The notes beneath the pieces were generated by a model, which saw only the letters and a program-made list of their open reading frames with translations, was not told the DNA's origin and searched no databases. A stretch of DNA of 63,081 bases, the filler included, from Octopus bimaculoides (Eukaryota), in NCBI RefSeq assembly GCF_001194135.2. It is 7 parts of 6 records of this genome, joined end to end, with 100 filler letters (N's around TTAATTAATTAA, not from the genome) between each part and the next. Parts side by side here need not be neighbours in the genome. Positions count along the whole stretch, not along the records: positions 38,087 to 44,742 come from NC_069009.1; positions 44,843 to 49,157 come from NC_068986.1; positions 49,258 to 56,719 come from NC_069002.1; 4 more parts are not named here. The stretch is one strand, 5' to 3'. Shown here one piece after another: positions 41,051-53,196 of this stretch. The stretch's first letter is position 1; every line of letters starts with the position of its first letter. The position numbers and the translations under genes were made by a program.

Positions 41051-41517
41051 GGTATCTAGGGTATACAGCTACAGACAGCATAACCCAAAGATGCACAGCT
41101 CAAACAACTCAAGAAGTACATTGGTAAAGCAGCTGCTTCTCTGTCGAGACCTCCCCCCACCCACGAAAAATAAGGAAATATAGAAGGAGAGAAATGAAAG
41201 TATGGAAGTACAAACAGATCATAACATCTATCAAGGTCAGGGCATACAGGACTTGTGTTGGTTTGTTATCAACGGACCTTTGGAAGTGAGTGTGGTTTGG
41301 ACAACATACTGCAGACAAGATTACAAACTGCGTCTGGTATGATCCATACATTTGCACATACACGTGTGTGTGTGTGTGTTCAAAGTGTCTATAAAGTGTG
41401 TGTGTGATTCAAAATAATTGTAGCTTTGTAACCATACATGATAGAACTAAATTGCACACACTTTATACACACCCTGTGCGTGTATGTGTATATATGATGC
41501 AGAAGGATCATTAAACA

Positions 41518-42125
41518 GGCGCAGGAGTGGCTGTGTGGTAAGTAGCTTTTAATGTAGCACCGGCATCAGTGCTTTTAATGTGGAACTAGCACCAGTGCTA
41601 TTAATGTGGCACCAGCACCAGTGCTTTTAATGTGGCTCCAGTGCTATTAATGTAGCACCAGCATCAGTGCTTTTAATGTGGCACCAACATCAATGCTTTT
41701 AATGTGGCACCAGTGCTTATAATGTAGCACCAGCACCAGTGCTATTAATGTGGCTCCAACACCAATGCTTTTAATGTGGTACCAGTGCTATTAACATAGC
41801 ACAAGCACCAGTGCTTTTAATGTGGCACTAGCACTATTAATGTGGCACCAACATCAATGCTTTTAATGTGACACCTGCATGAGCAATGTGTGTGTGTGTG
41901 TCTGTGTTTGTCCCCCGCCACCATCACCACCTGACAACCAGTGTTGGTATGTTTACATCCCCCTAATATAACAGTCCAGTGAATGAGACCGATAGAATAG
42001 GCACCAGGTTTAAAAACAAATAAGCATTGGGGTCAGTCCATTCGACTCAAATTTCTTAAAGGCAGTGCCCCAGCATGGCCGTAGTCTAACGACAGAAACC
42101 AGCAAAAGATAGAAGATAAAGATAG
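41518..42125 (+). mobile_element. SINE family A with its middle replaced by a minisatellite
   Basis: Head GGCGCAGGAGTGGCTGTGTGGTAAGTAGCTT at 41518-41548 and 3' half GTCTGTGTTTGTCCCC...GTGCCCCAGCATGGCCGTAGTC at about 41885-42125. Confidence 0.75.
41545..41878. repeat. Minisatellite, about 14 units of GCT(T/A)TTAATGTGGCACCAGCACCAGT (26 or 20 bp)
   Basis: Units parsed by eye. A 26-26-20 pattern gives a 72-bp higher-order period. Confidence 0.93.
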
Positions 42126-42644
42126 AGTGTAGAACCACGGTGCCTGTAACCAAGTTGTTCCGTTGTGTTGTACACGCATACCTCTAAAGCAACATTATAC
42201 AGCCTGTCACATACATTCCTCTTTTAATGTAATGCATCCATCTGATGTGAGTTAGTACTCGTAGCAGCCTAGTAATAGTATATCCTGGTTGAACAAAAAT
42301 ACAGCCAAAAACAGAGCATACACAAATGAAGAGAGTCTGCTTTAATGTGTTGTAATGCTATCGTAGGGTTAATTGTGAAAAATCTGATACTGTAAGACAT
42401 GTTAGATAGCGGTTATGGCTTTATAGTACACTGCTTTTCTGTATGGTTACCATGGTTACTTGTTTGTTTGTTTAACACTAAATCAGTCCCTGATCCAGTA
42501 GACTTATGATCAAAGATGTTCCAGCCATGACCATCCCATCTTTCATTCAGGCATTGTGTATTTAGGACTACATTATTTAATGTATAGTATGAAGGTTATA
42601 GCTATATAGTACTTTTTTTAGCCCAAGGTCAGTCCTGATCTTTT

Positions 42645-42800
42645 TTTATTTTTTCATTCTTTTACTTGTTTCAGTTGTTTGACTGTGGCCATGCTGGAGC
42701 ACCACCTTTAGTCGAGCAAATCGACCCCAGGACTTATTCTATTGGTCTCTTTTTGCCGAACCGCTAAGTCATCGGTTGTCAAGCGATGCTGGGGGGACAA

Positions 42801-42858
<58 letters not shown>

Positions 42859-43020
42859 GACGGGCTTCTCTCAGTTTCTGTCTACCAAATCTATTTACAA
42901 AGCTTTGGCCAGCCCAAGGTTATAATAGAAGGCACTTGCCCAAAGTGCCACACCGTGGGACTGAACCCAGGACCATGTGGTTGAGAAACAAGCTTCTTAC
43001 CACACAGCTATGCCTGCACC
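42645..43020 (-). mobile_element. Full-length SINE family A with internal (TA)n(TG)n
   Basis: Head rc GGTGCAGGCATAGCTGTGTGGTAAGAAGC...GGTTCAGTCCC; tail rc CAGCATGGCCACAGTCAAACAACTGAAACAAGTAAAA. Confidence 0.92.
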
Positions 43021-43087
43021 TATATTTTTTGTTAATTTTTTTGTTTGTTTGCTTTGTTTGTTGGATTTCTTTCCTCTTTTCCTGCAG

Positions 43088-43400
43088 TTCCAGTTGACTG
43101 CATCTGCTGGCTTTGTAACAAGAGAAATCACTGAAGCGGAAACAAGCCATGACATAATAGTTTCTGCCTCCACTGCCAGGCTAAATATAGAAATGGTCCG
43201 AGACAAGGAAGACATAACGCTCGGTTCCACATGACTGCATATCACACCGGCTGAATGCTGACCAACGGTGCAAAGTTGGCAGCTTCGAGTTGCAAGACCG
43301 GTGCTCCCTGCTGCAGGTCCTGCAGATGGTTTGCGACAACTGACGTGTGCATCCTAGGTCATGTGACGCAATCTACCCAACCTGTTACCCCTCTGTTTTC
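43088..43400 (+). other. GC-rich coding-like block: candidate terminal exon or decayed transposase
   Basis: Long pyrimidine tract ending cctgcag, then FQLTASAGFVTREITEAETSHDIIVSASTARLNIEMVRDKEDITLGST* (43088-43234). Weak resemblance to the C-terminal half of hAT-type transposases. Confidence 0.25.
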
Positions 43401-43534
43401 AAAGTGGAAACTGAAATATTTAAGGTTGGGGGGGGGGCGATTGGTAGGGTCTGCAGAAGATCGGATACAATACCTTGTGGTATTCATTGTGGTTCTTTAA
43501 GATCATCATCATCATCATCATCATCATCGTTAAG

Positions 43535-44329
43535 CAGACATAACTAACGACACACTGACATAGCCTCCATAGGCTGTTTGTGGTTAAACAGACATAACTA
43601 ATGACACACACAAACAGCCATAACTAATCAAAGGGTGAGAGAAAGAGAATTCTGGCTACACAGACATAACTAATGATGCAGAAAGACACACAGACAATCT
43701 ATAGTTCAACAGACATAACTAATCCCATGTATTGACAAACACCGGTTAAACAGACAGATCTGGTCAGACATAACTAATGACACACCTAAATGCAAGGAAA
43801 TCTCAGGTTTAGCAGACATAACTAATGACACACACGCACAGACATAACTAACCGCATACATACTGAGAAGATCTGGTTAAAAAGACATAACTAATGACAC
43901 ACCTAAATGCAAGGAAATCTCAGGTTTAGCAGACAACTAATGACACACACACACAGACATAACTAACCGCATACAGACTGAGAAGATCTGGTTAAAAAGA
44001 CATAACTAATGACACAACTAAACGCAAGGAAATCTCAGGTTTAGCAGACATAACTAATGACACAACTAAATGCAAGGAAATCTCAGGTTTAGCAGACATA
44101 ACTAATGACACACACACACAGACATAACTAACCGCATACATACTGAGAAGATCTGGTTAAAAAGACATAACTAATGACACACCTAAATGCAAGGAAATCT
44201 CAGGTTTAGCAGACCTAACTAACGACACACATACAGACATAACTAATCGCAAATGCACAAGAATGGTCTCTGATTAACAGACATAACTAACGACACACCG
44301 GATAAACACAATCTCGAGTTAACAAAGAC
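43535..44329. repeat. Core-and-spacer tandem array: 19 copies of CAGACATAACTAA(TGACACAC)
   Basis: Cores at 43535, 43589, 43615, 43661, 43710, 43765, 43813, 43839, 43882, 43930, 43954, 43997, 44045, 44093, 44119, 44162, 44210, 44234, 44278. Outer spacers are unique; inner spacers form a ~117-bp higher-order repeat. Confidence 0.95.
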
Positions 44330-44448
44330 GCACACATACACATAAACACACACACACACACACACACATGCACGCGTGCATGCGCACACACACGCACACA
44401 CACACAGTCTGCCTGTTTTTCTGCTTAAGCCAGTTCTCGTGCACTCAC

Positions 44449-44505
44449 CTTCCGGAACTGAAAAAAGATCTTTTTCAAGATCTTTGAAGTGACATGATAT
44501 GTCTC
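44449..44505 (-). CDS. Candidate 57-bp symmetric exon (DISCHFKDLEKDLFSVPE or ETYHVTSKILKKIFFQFRK)
   Basis: ctaatttgcgcag acceptor with a CTAAT branch-like site and strong donor AAG|gtgagt. Length divisible by 3; two frames open. Confidence 0.3.
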
Positions 44506-44605
44506 CTGCGCAAATTAGATTCTTGGGTACCCAGGTGGAAGAACACAGCACGGGTGGGTAGACAGTGGGCACACAGACAGGCAGACAAATAGACAGACAG
44601 ATATT

Positions 44606-44642
<37 letters not shown>

Positions 44643-44882
44643 TTACAAATTAAAAGGGTAAAGGATTGCTGATCCCTTAATTATGTTTATAAATATATAT
44701 GAGCTTTTAAATAAGTTCTCCACCAATAATGGTGCTTTCATANNNNNNNNNNNNNNNNNNNNNNNNNNNNNNNNNNNNNNNNNNNNTTAATTAATTAANN
44801 NNNNNNNNNNNNNNNNNNNNNNNNNNNNNNNNNNNNNNNNNNATATATATATATATACATACATATATATATATATACATAC

Positions 44883-44944
<62 letters not shown>

Positions 44945-44951
44945 ATACATA

Positions 44952-45003
<52 letters not shown>

Positions 45004-45015
45004 TATATATTAATA

Positions 45016-45067
<52 letters not shown>

Positions 45068-45984
45068 ATTATACACTTCATATATATGTATACCATCGTA
45101 AAATACACACGCAGGATGTCTATTTCGCTATTTTACTATTGTTAGTGAACAAGCTAATTAATTACTCAATTAAGTAATCGATTGCTTGATTGTTTGATTA
45201 ATTGTTCAATGAATCAATCAGTGAATCACCTGCTTTGTCAGTATCCTTCCATCGCCATGGCATTTTTACAACCTTTTCAATGACGTGTCCGAGTTACTTT
45301 AGTTTTGCCTCATTGTCGCTGAGTTTCATTTTTATGTATTTAAAATTTTGGCGAGTATATATATTTGTATACTTTTCTTTACCATTTTTTGTAAATTTTT
45401 TATTCTTTTCTCTGTATCACACACAATTCTTTATACACTCTAGTCTTCTACTTGTCACAAATTTCCTTCCTATTTTTCCTTATATGTCTTGCTTCCCAAT
45501 AACCATAGTAACTAATATCTGAACTAGCTAACAACTATTAATTCTATTATATCCAAAATAATCTCTTATACATTCTGTTACCGAAAAATACAAGTTTCTT
45601 GCGGGGTGTTTCGTTCTTGGTTTTTTTCCTACCAGAAAAATTAATTTATTGTAGCTATCTGTTAGATATACAGTTAGCTGTTTGTACGTCTACTACATTA
45701 CATTACTGCATTTCAAGGAAACGTTTTAAAATTTCTCCATTAAAGATTTGTTGAAGTGCTTTCTGAAGGATATCAAAGATAATGTTAGGGAACAGGATGC
45801 GTAACTCGAAGACCAGGGAATCTTGCAAGGACGACCCACAACTTCTCCGCATTGAGAGGTCGCAGTTTCAGTGCCACAGACATGCGATCCGAATGCCGCA
45901 GGAGAGAATAACAATCACAAGACAGATTCCTCAAGCTCAGTCGACCAGCTGGAGATCTAAGTATAGACTGGCTTAGCTCTCTGC

Positions 45985-46210
45985 CGGTTACGATGCCGAG
46001 TGTTCTGGTTGATCAACAGAACGTGATCAACCTGCTCGTGAAATTAACTTGCAAATGGCTGAGCACTCCACAGACTTAACGTGGTCTTCAGGGAAATTCA
46101 GTGTGACATAGTGTGTGACAAGGTTCTCACTTTAAATTACACACACAGCTCATATTTGCCACATGAGTAGAGTGAAGCAATAAGAAATACAGTGTTTTGC
46201 TTAGAGCAGT
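45985..46210 (-). mobile_element. SINE family C, partial
   Basis: CCTGCTCGTGAAATTAACTTGCAAATGGCTGAGCACTCCACAGAC matches 33030-33080, followed by the reverse complement of the V/Meta-like domain. Confidence 0.8.
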
Positions 46211-46512
46211 CACTAAATACATGAAGTGGAGTAAAAGCATTTGCGAGTTTCCTAGCATTAACGGAAATCTTTCAGTCAGCCTGTCGGTTGAGGGAAGGAG
46301 AGAGAGCAAGAGAAGGCTAATGTTTGAAACAACAAGTATAAATACTATCAGACCTGTCGAAGGTCAAAGGAGAGATGTCTTTACATACTGAGTGATTAAC
46401 ACTCTAGGAGACAAATCCTGTACACCAGAAACCGGCTCCTATCTTACATCTTTAGACACATTTATAAATTGAAACTTTGTCCTGTTACTGAGCTCAGAGG
46501 AATACCGAAGGG

Positions 46513-46568
<56 letters not shown>

Positions 46569-46630
46569 ATGGAAATATTGAATTATAGATATGTATATAT
46601 ACATATATGTATATGGGTGTGTATATATAT

Positions 46631-46770
46631 TCTTTTATTCTTTTATTTGTTCTAGTCATTTGACTGCAGCCATGCTAGAGTACCGCCTTTAGTCGAACAA
46701 ATCGACCTCAGAACTTATTCTTTGTATGCCTGATACTTATTATATTGGTCTCTTTTGTCGAACCACTAGC
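46631..46770 (-). mobile_element. SINE family A 3' part, abutting the Penelope-like element
   Basis: GTCATTTGACTGCAGCCATGCTAGAGTACCGCCTTTAGTCGAACAAATCGAC. Confidence 0.88.
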
Positions 46771-48110
46771 TTCCCACCAGGTCATAGGACAGAAAACTTA
46801 AGCAATACTTAGCAGAACAGTCCACAACTCCTCTACTATACTGTGGGTATATAGGCGACATTAATATCATAGTTAAAACCAACTCTACTACCGGTAATGT
46901 AGAAACTGAGAGGAACATAATGAAGAACATCCAGCAAGTAGCTAACTCCATCCACCAAAGTATTCCACTAAGCACCCCAGCAATAGACTCCCCGTCCTCG
47001 ATACTGAACTTTGGTTAGAGTCTGTAAACAACAGAGTGCAGCTCCCCCTTCTCTATTACATGAAACCCGTAGCTTCGAAATGTATTGTCTACAACAACTT
47101 AGCTTTGTCACACAACATGAAAATTAACATACTGATAGCAGACTTAGTTACGATAATGAACAACGTGTCCCCACTATGCAAACCCTATGAAACGAAGAAA
47201 CATGTGCAGAACTTCATGCACCGCATGCAGTTCTCGGGATAAGATCAGAAAGATAGCGTTCGAGTATACAGAGGTGCTAGAAAGAAGTTACATAATATTA
47301 TATGTAATGAAACCAGTGGTAACTGCCCTAGATATCGAAGCAAAGACTGGAATAGGATACAAAGAGCTTGTGACAAAGCAAACAGGGTGAACAAGTGGTA
47401 TAAATCCGACAAATATCAAGGAGTGATGTTTGTAGAGGCCACAGCCCATGGAGAACTGGCCCGTAGATTTAGGAAAACTCTAAAGGAGACCAAACTCAAC
47501 ATTAAGATTGTTGAAAAGTCAGGGACCTCCATCAGATCACAACTATGTAGGACGAAACCCCTTTGAGAATACCGTATGCACCAATGATAACTGCATGGTA
47601 TATAGGATTAGCCCTGGCATTAACTATAGAACTAGAAATGTAGCCTACAGCATAAGATGCATAGAAGATGCTTGTAAAGACATGAACATGATATACATAG
47701 GAGAGACATCTTGGATCATTGCAGAAAGACTAANNNNNNNNNNNNNNNNNNNNNNNNNNNNNNNNNNNNNNNNNNNNNNNNNNNNNNNNNNNNNNNNNNN
47801 NNNNNNNNNNNNNNNNNNNNNNNNNNNNNNNNNNNNNNNNNNNNNNNNNNNNNNNNNNNNNNNNNNNNNNNNNNNNNNNNNNNNNNNNNNNNNNNNNNNN
47901 NNNNNNNNNNNNNNNNNNNNNNNNNNNNNNNNNNNNNNNNNNNNNNNNNNNNNNNNNNNNNNNNNNNNNNNNNNNNNNNNNNNNNNNNNNNNNNNNNNNN
48001 NNNNNNNNNNNNNNNNNNNNNNNNNNNNNNNNNNNNNNNNNNNNNNNNNNNNNNNNNNGTCCTCATAAATGAAACATCCCCAGTACTAAATAGGAAATAT
48101 ACGTAGTGGA
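46771..48110 (+). mobile_element. Penelope-like element (RT C-terminal half plus GIY-YIG endonuclease), decayed and interrupted by a gap
   Basis: LLYCGYIGDINIIV (YxDD degenerate, 46848-46859), ANSIHQSI, LPVLDTELW, YMKPVAS, RMQFSG, VMFVEATAHGELA...IKIVEKSG, NVAYSIRC...YIGETS, and VLINETSPVLNRK after the gap. Confidence 0.88.
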
Positions 48111-49257
48111 TAATCATACCCACATACCCACAGTTTATATTTATATACAGGTAGAATAGTTAGTGGGCTGTTATGTAAATGTATGTACGTGTGTGTCTAT
48201 GTATATGTATATGCACATGTATGTAGGCAAATTGATATGAAAGTAAACAAATCGGCATACAGACGGATAGGTACATAGATAATATGAACAGACTAGCACA
48301 CACATACGCAAATGAAGAACAGAAACACATGACCATATACACACACACTTCATTTCACCTAAGGACACATATAGAGACACGTCCACACATATGGAGATAC
48401 ACATCAATACATACAGACACAGTACATAGTCCCCAAACACATACGCACACAGACACACTCAGACATGCACACACAGACACACACATACACACACACACAC
48501 ACACATGAAAACGCACACACATAAAAAACACAAACACATGAAAATGCAGAATACATACATGTAAACGTACACACATAAATATATATATACGTACACACAT
48601 ATATACATGCATGCACAATTACATGCATGCATACCTACATACATACATGCCTATGCGCGCACACACTGACCCCCACACATGCGCACAACCAAACCAAAAG
48701 AACGCAGCTTGAATAATGGACAGAGTAAACCACTATTCAAAAGTTTGCAAGACGCAGCGAAAATTCTTGAAAAAAAGTAAGTAAATGAGTGGAAATATTA
48801 CCGCTGAGTGTGTTAAATTATAAGGCACTAAAAGAGAATGACTCCCCTCAGACACAACAGAATATGCTTCAACACACAAACTCACATAAAGAATCTTGCA
48901 AACCAATCCTCGCATTCGGTAGCAAATTGTATTTATTTGGGCAGTCTAGTGTGTGGCATTATTCTGTAGTAATGCCCTTATATAAATATAAACGAATAAT
49001 TATATTCTTGGGAATAGAAATTTCCCTCATCAATTTTTTTGCACGCTAGTTTCCTGATAAAATTCTTGTAAAAGATTTTTATCCCATTATTGAATTTATT
49101 AATTAAATATATACCCGGAATATTCAGTGCTGAATTTTATTCCGTTTTAGACACGTGNNNNNNNNNNNNNNNNNNNNNNNNNNNNNNNNNNNNNNNNNNN
49201 NTTAATTAATTAANNNNNNNNNNNNNNNNNNNNNNNNNNNNNNNNNNNNNNNNNNNN

Positions 49258-49345
<88 letters not shown>

Positions 49346-49663
49346 TTGCTTATGTACGTATATGAGTATCCTATTAAATAACAAGCTTGTGCATGTCGTG
49401 AATCCATCCATCCATCCATCTAGCCAGCGAGCTAGCCAGCCACCCTCCATCAGTATATACATACATATATGCATACAAACATATACACTCACATACCCAG
49501 AATCCCTAGAACACACGTGTATTTTATCATAATCTTATCCATATATATATGCGCTACTGTATATTTGTGATTGTATGCATATATATATGTATGTATATAT
49601 GCGCTCGTATGGGTATATGTACGCACAATTTCTGTGTGTGTGTGTGTGTGCATNNNNNNNNNN

Positions 49664-49702
<39 letters not shown>

Positions 49703-49958
49703 GACATATGAATGTAGATGTGCGGGATACGCAAAAGAGCGGGGTGTGATCCTCTCTGATATTAACCGATTTAACATATGTCATTCAATACATGACTCTG
49801 CCACCCACCATGAGATATTGTGTGGATATGTGCAACTAATTATATATACATATATAAACATACACACACACACACACATACTTATGTATAGATATATATA
49901 TTAATATACATATCTATATTCATGTATAAACATATATGAATTTACATATTTTTATATA

Positions 49959-50008
<50 letters not shown>

Positions 50009-50009
50009 T

Positions 50010-50063
50010 TTTTTTCTCTTAGTCTTTTACTTATTTCAGTCATTTGACTGCGGCCATGCTGGA
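50010..50063 (-). mobile_element. SINE family A 3' terminus
   Basis: TTTTACTTATTTCAGTCATTTGACTGCGGCCATGCTGGAG. Confidence 0.75.
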
Positions 50064-50977
50064 GTTGTATCAGCTAACTGTTTGGTTGTTTTGCGTTCTT
50101 GTCCCATTTTTGTATTATATATATANNNNNNNNNNNNNNNNNNNNNNNNNNNNNNNNNNNNNNNNNNNNNNNNNNNNNNNNNNNNNNNNNNNNNNNNNNN
50201 NNNNNNNNNNNNNNNNNNNNNNNNNNNNNNNNNNNNNNNNNNNNNNNNNNNNNNNNNNNNNNNNNNNNNNNNNNNNNNNNNNNNNNNNNNNNNNNNNNNN
50301 NNNNNNNNNNNNNNNNNNNNNNNNNNNNNNNNNNNNNNNNNNNNNNNNNNNNNNNNNNNNNNNNNNNNNNNNNNNNNNNNNNNNNNNNNNNNNNNNNNNN
50401 NNNNNNNNNNNNNNNNNNNNNNNNNNNNNNNNNNNNNNNNNNNNNNNNNNNNNNNNNNNNNNNNNNNNNNNNNNNNNNNNNNNNNNNNNNNNNNNNNNNN
50501 NNNNNNNNNNNNNNNNNNNNNNNNNNNNNNNNNNNNNNNNNNNNNNNNNNNNNNNNNNNNNNNNNNNNNNNNNNNNNNNNNNNNNNNNNNNNNNNNNNNN
50601 NNNNNNNNNNNNNNNNNNNNNNNNNNNNNNNNNNNNNNNNNNNNNNNNNNNNNNNNNNNNNNNNNNNNNNNNNNNNNNNNNNNNNNNNNNNNNNNNNNNN
50701 NNNNNNNNNNNNNNNNNNNNNNNNNNNNNNNNNNNNNNNNNNNNNNNNNNNNNNNNNNNNNNNNNNNNNNNNNNNNNNNNNNNNNNNNNNNNNNNNNNNN
50801 NNNNNNNNNNNNNNNNNNNNNNNNNNNNNNNNNNNNNNNNNNNNNNNNNNNNNNNNNNNNNNNNNNNNNNNNNNNNNNNNNNNNNNNNNNNNNNNNNNNN
50901 NNNNNNNNNNNNNNNNNNNNNNNNNNNNNNNNNNNNNNNNNNNNNNNNNNNNNNNNNNNNNNNNNNNNNNNNNNNNN

Positions 50978-51011
<34 letters not shown>

Positions 51012-52559
51012 TATTTACACATACACACACACATACACACATAGGTATGTATATATATATAATGTATGAATGCGTGTATAAATACGTGAAAATACTAACA
51101 CATGAATGTTACATGAAAATATAATTATGTTCATATACATGCTTGGGTAAGCACAAGAGACGAGAGGTGTATATGTATGTGTATAAATGCATGTATAATC
51201 CTACGTGTGTATATAATTACATATATTTGTATATCTGTATATGTTTCTTCCTCTGTGTGTGTGCGTGTGTGTGTTTGTGTGCATGTTAAATTTCTGTATT
51301 ATGATTTCATAATTTTCTCCTTACTCACGTTAAATTTGTTACCAAATATGTCATAAGATTGATATGAGATTACGATAAGATTGTCTTAATATATGTCACA
51401 AGATTGTCATAACATTGTTTAGGATTTGTCTTAATATATAGCAATTTTATTGCTATTAACAACGTATGCTTGCGTGTGTTTTAGTAAAGAGGTATGCGTG
51501 TGCTTGTGTGATAGAGTGTGCGTGAAAAGGAGGAAACTCAGCGTGTATATATGCGTATGTTGGTGTGAATGAGAGTGCGCACGTTTCGTAGTATATATGT
51601 GTGTGTTTGTGAGTGTATGTGAGCATGTGATGTATGTATATGTGTGTGTATATATATGTGCATGTGTGTGTGAGGGTGGCTACTTCATTGTGCTGTCGAA
51701 GTTTTCAAGTCTGTGATAAGTTGTGAAAAAAAAAAACTGTGAGAACTTAAGGAAACATGCTTACGTACGTATGCATGCATGTATGTATGTATATATATAT
51801 ATATATATATATNNNNNNNNNNNNNNNNNNNNNNNNNNNNNNNNNNNNNNNNNNNNNNNNNNNNNNNNNNNNNNNNNNNNNNNNNNNNNNNNNNNNNNNN
51901 NNNNNNNNNNNNNNNNNNNNNNNNNNNNNNNNNNNNNNNNNNNNNNNNNNNNNNNNNNNNNNNNNNNNNNNNNNNNNNNNNNNNNNNNNNNNNNNNNNNN
52001 NNNNNNNNNNNNNNNNNNNNNNNNNNNNNNNNNNNNNNNNNNNNNNNNNNNNNNNNNNNNNNNNNNNNNNNNNNNNNNNNNNNNNNNNNNNNNNNNNNNN
52101 NNNNNNNNNNNNNNNNNNNNNNNNNNNNNNNNNNNNNNNNNNNNNNNNNNNNNNNNNNNNNNNNNNNNNNNNNNNNNNNNNNNNNNNNNNNNNNNNNNNN
52201 NNNNNNNNNNNNNNNNNNNNNNNNNNNNNNNNNNNNNNNNNNNNNNNNNNNNNNNNNNNNNNNNNNNNNNNNNNNNNNNNNNNNNNNNNNNNNNNNNNNN
52301 NNNNNNNNNNNNNNNNNNNNNNNNNNNNNNNNNNNNNNNNNNNNNNNNNNNNNNNNNNNNNNNNNNNNNNNNNNNNNNNNNNNNNNNNNNNNNNNNNNNN
52401 NNNNNNNNNNNNNNNNNNNNNNNNNNNNNNNNNNNNNNNNNNNNNNNNNNNNNNNNNNNNNNNNNNNNNNNNNNNNNNNNNNNNNNNNNNNNNNNNNNNN
52501 NNNNNNNNNNNNNNNNNNNNNNNNNNNNNNNNNNNNNNNNNNNNNNNNNNNNNNNNNNN

Positions 52560-52615
<56 letters not shown>

Positions 52616-53109
52616 GCTCACACACATATATAAATACACACGCATATATAGAGAGAGACAGAGATAGATAGATATAGAGAAATATATATGCATATGTACA
52701 GACAAACATACATACATACATACATACATACATACATACATACATACAAACATATAAATACATATACATACATGCGTTTTGCCGCACATGCTTATGTTCA
52801 AATTCATTATTTAGCAAAGCATGCTTAAGACATACATATAAATGCAAATAACAAATGAAATTGAAACAGACAGACGGAAACTGTACAGAGTCTGTAGCCT
52901 TCTTCAATTATACATGTTTCGCTGTCTTTTTACATTGTATGCACCACAGGCGCTGATGTAGAATGAGTCGCAAACACACCCACTCAGGTATAGAAAGACA
53001 TAGTGAGGCAGGTTACGGGCGTATGTATGAAAATATTTAAATACACGTGCGTTTGCATGTGTGTATGTGTATGTGTGCGAGTTTGTAAGCACGTGTGTTT
53101 ATGTGTGTA

Positions 53110-53196
<87 letters not shown>

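Noticed and set aside
43535-44329. CRISPR array call
   Set aside because: Eukaryotic context, no cas genes, a 13-21 bp non-palindromic repeat, irregular 24-55 bp periods and repeated spacers. Kept as a finding under other hypotheses.
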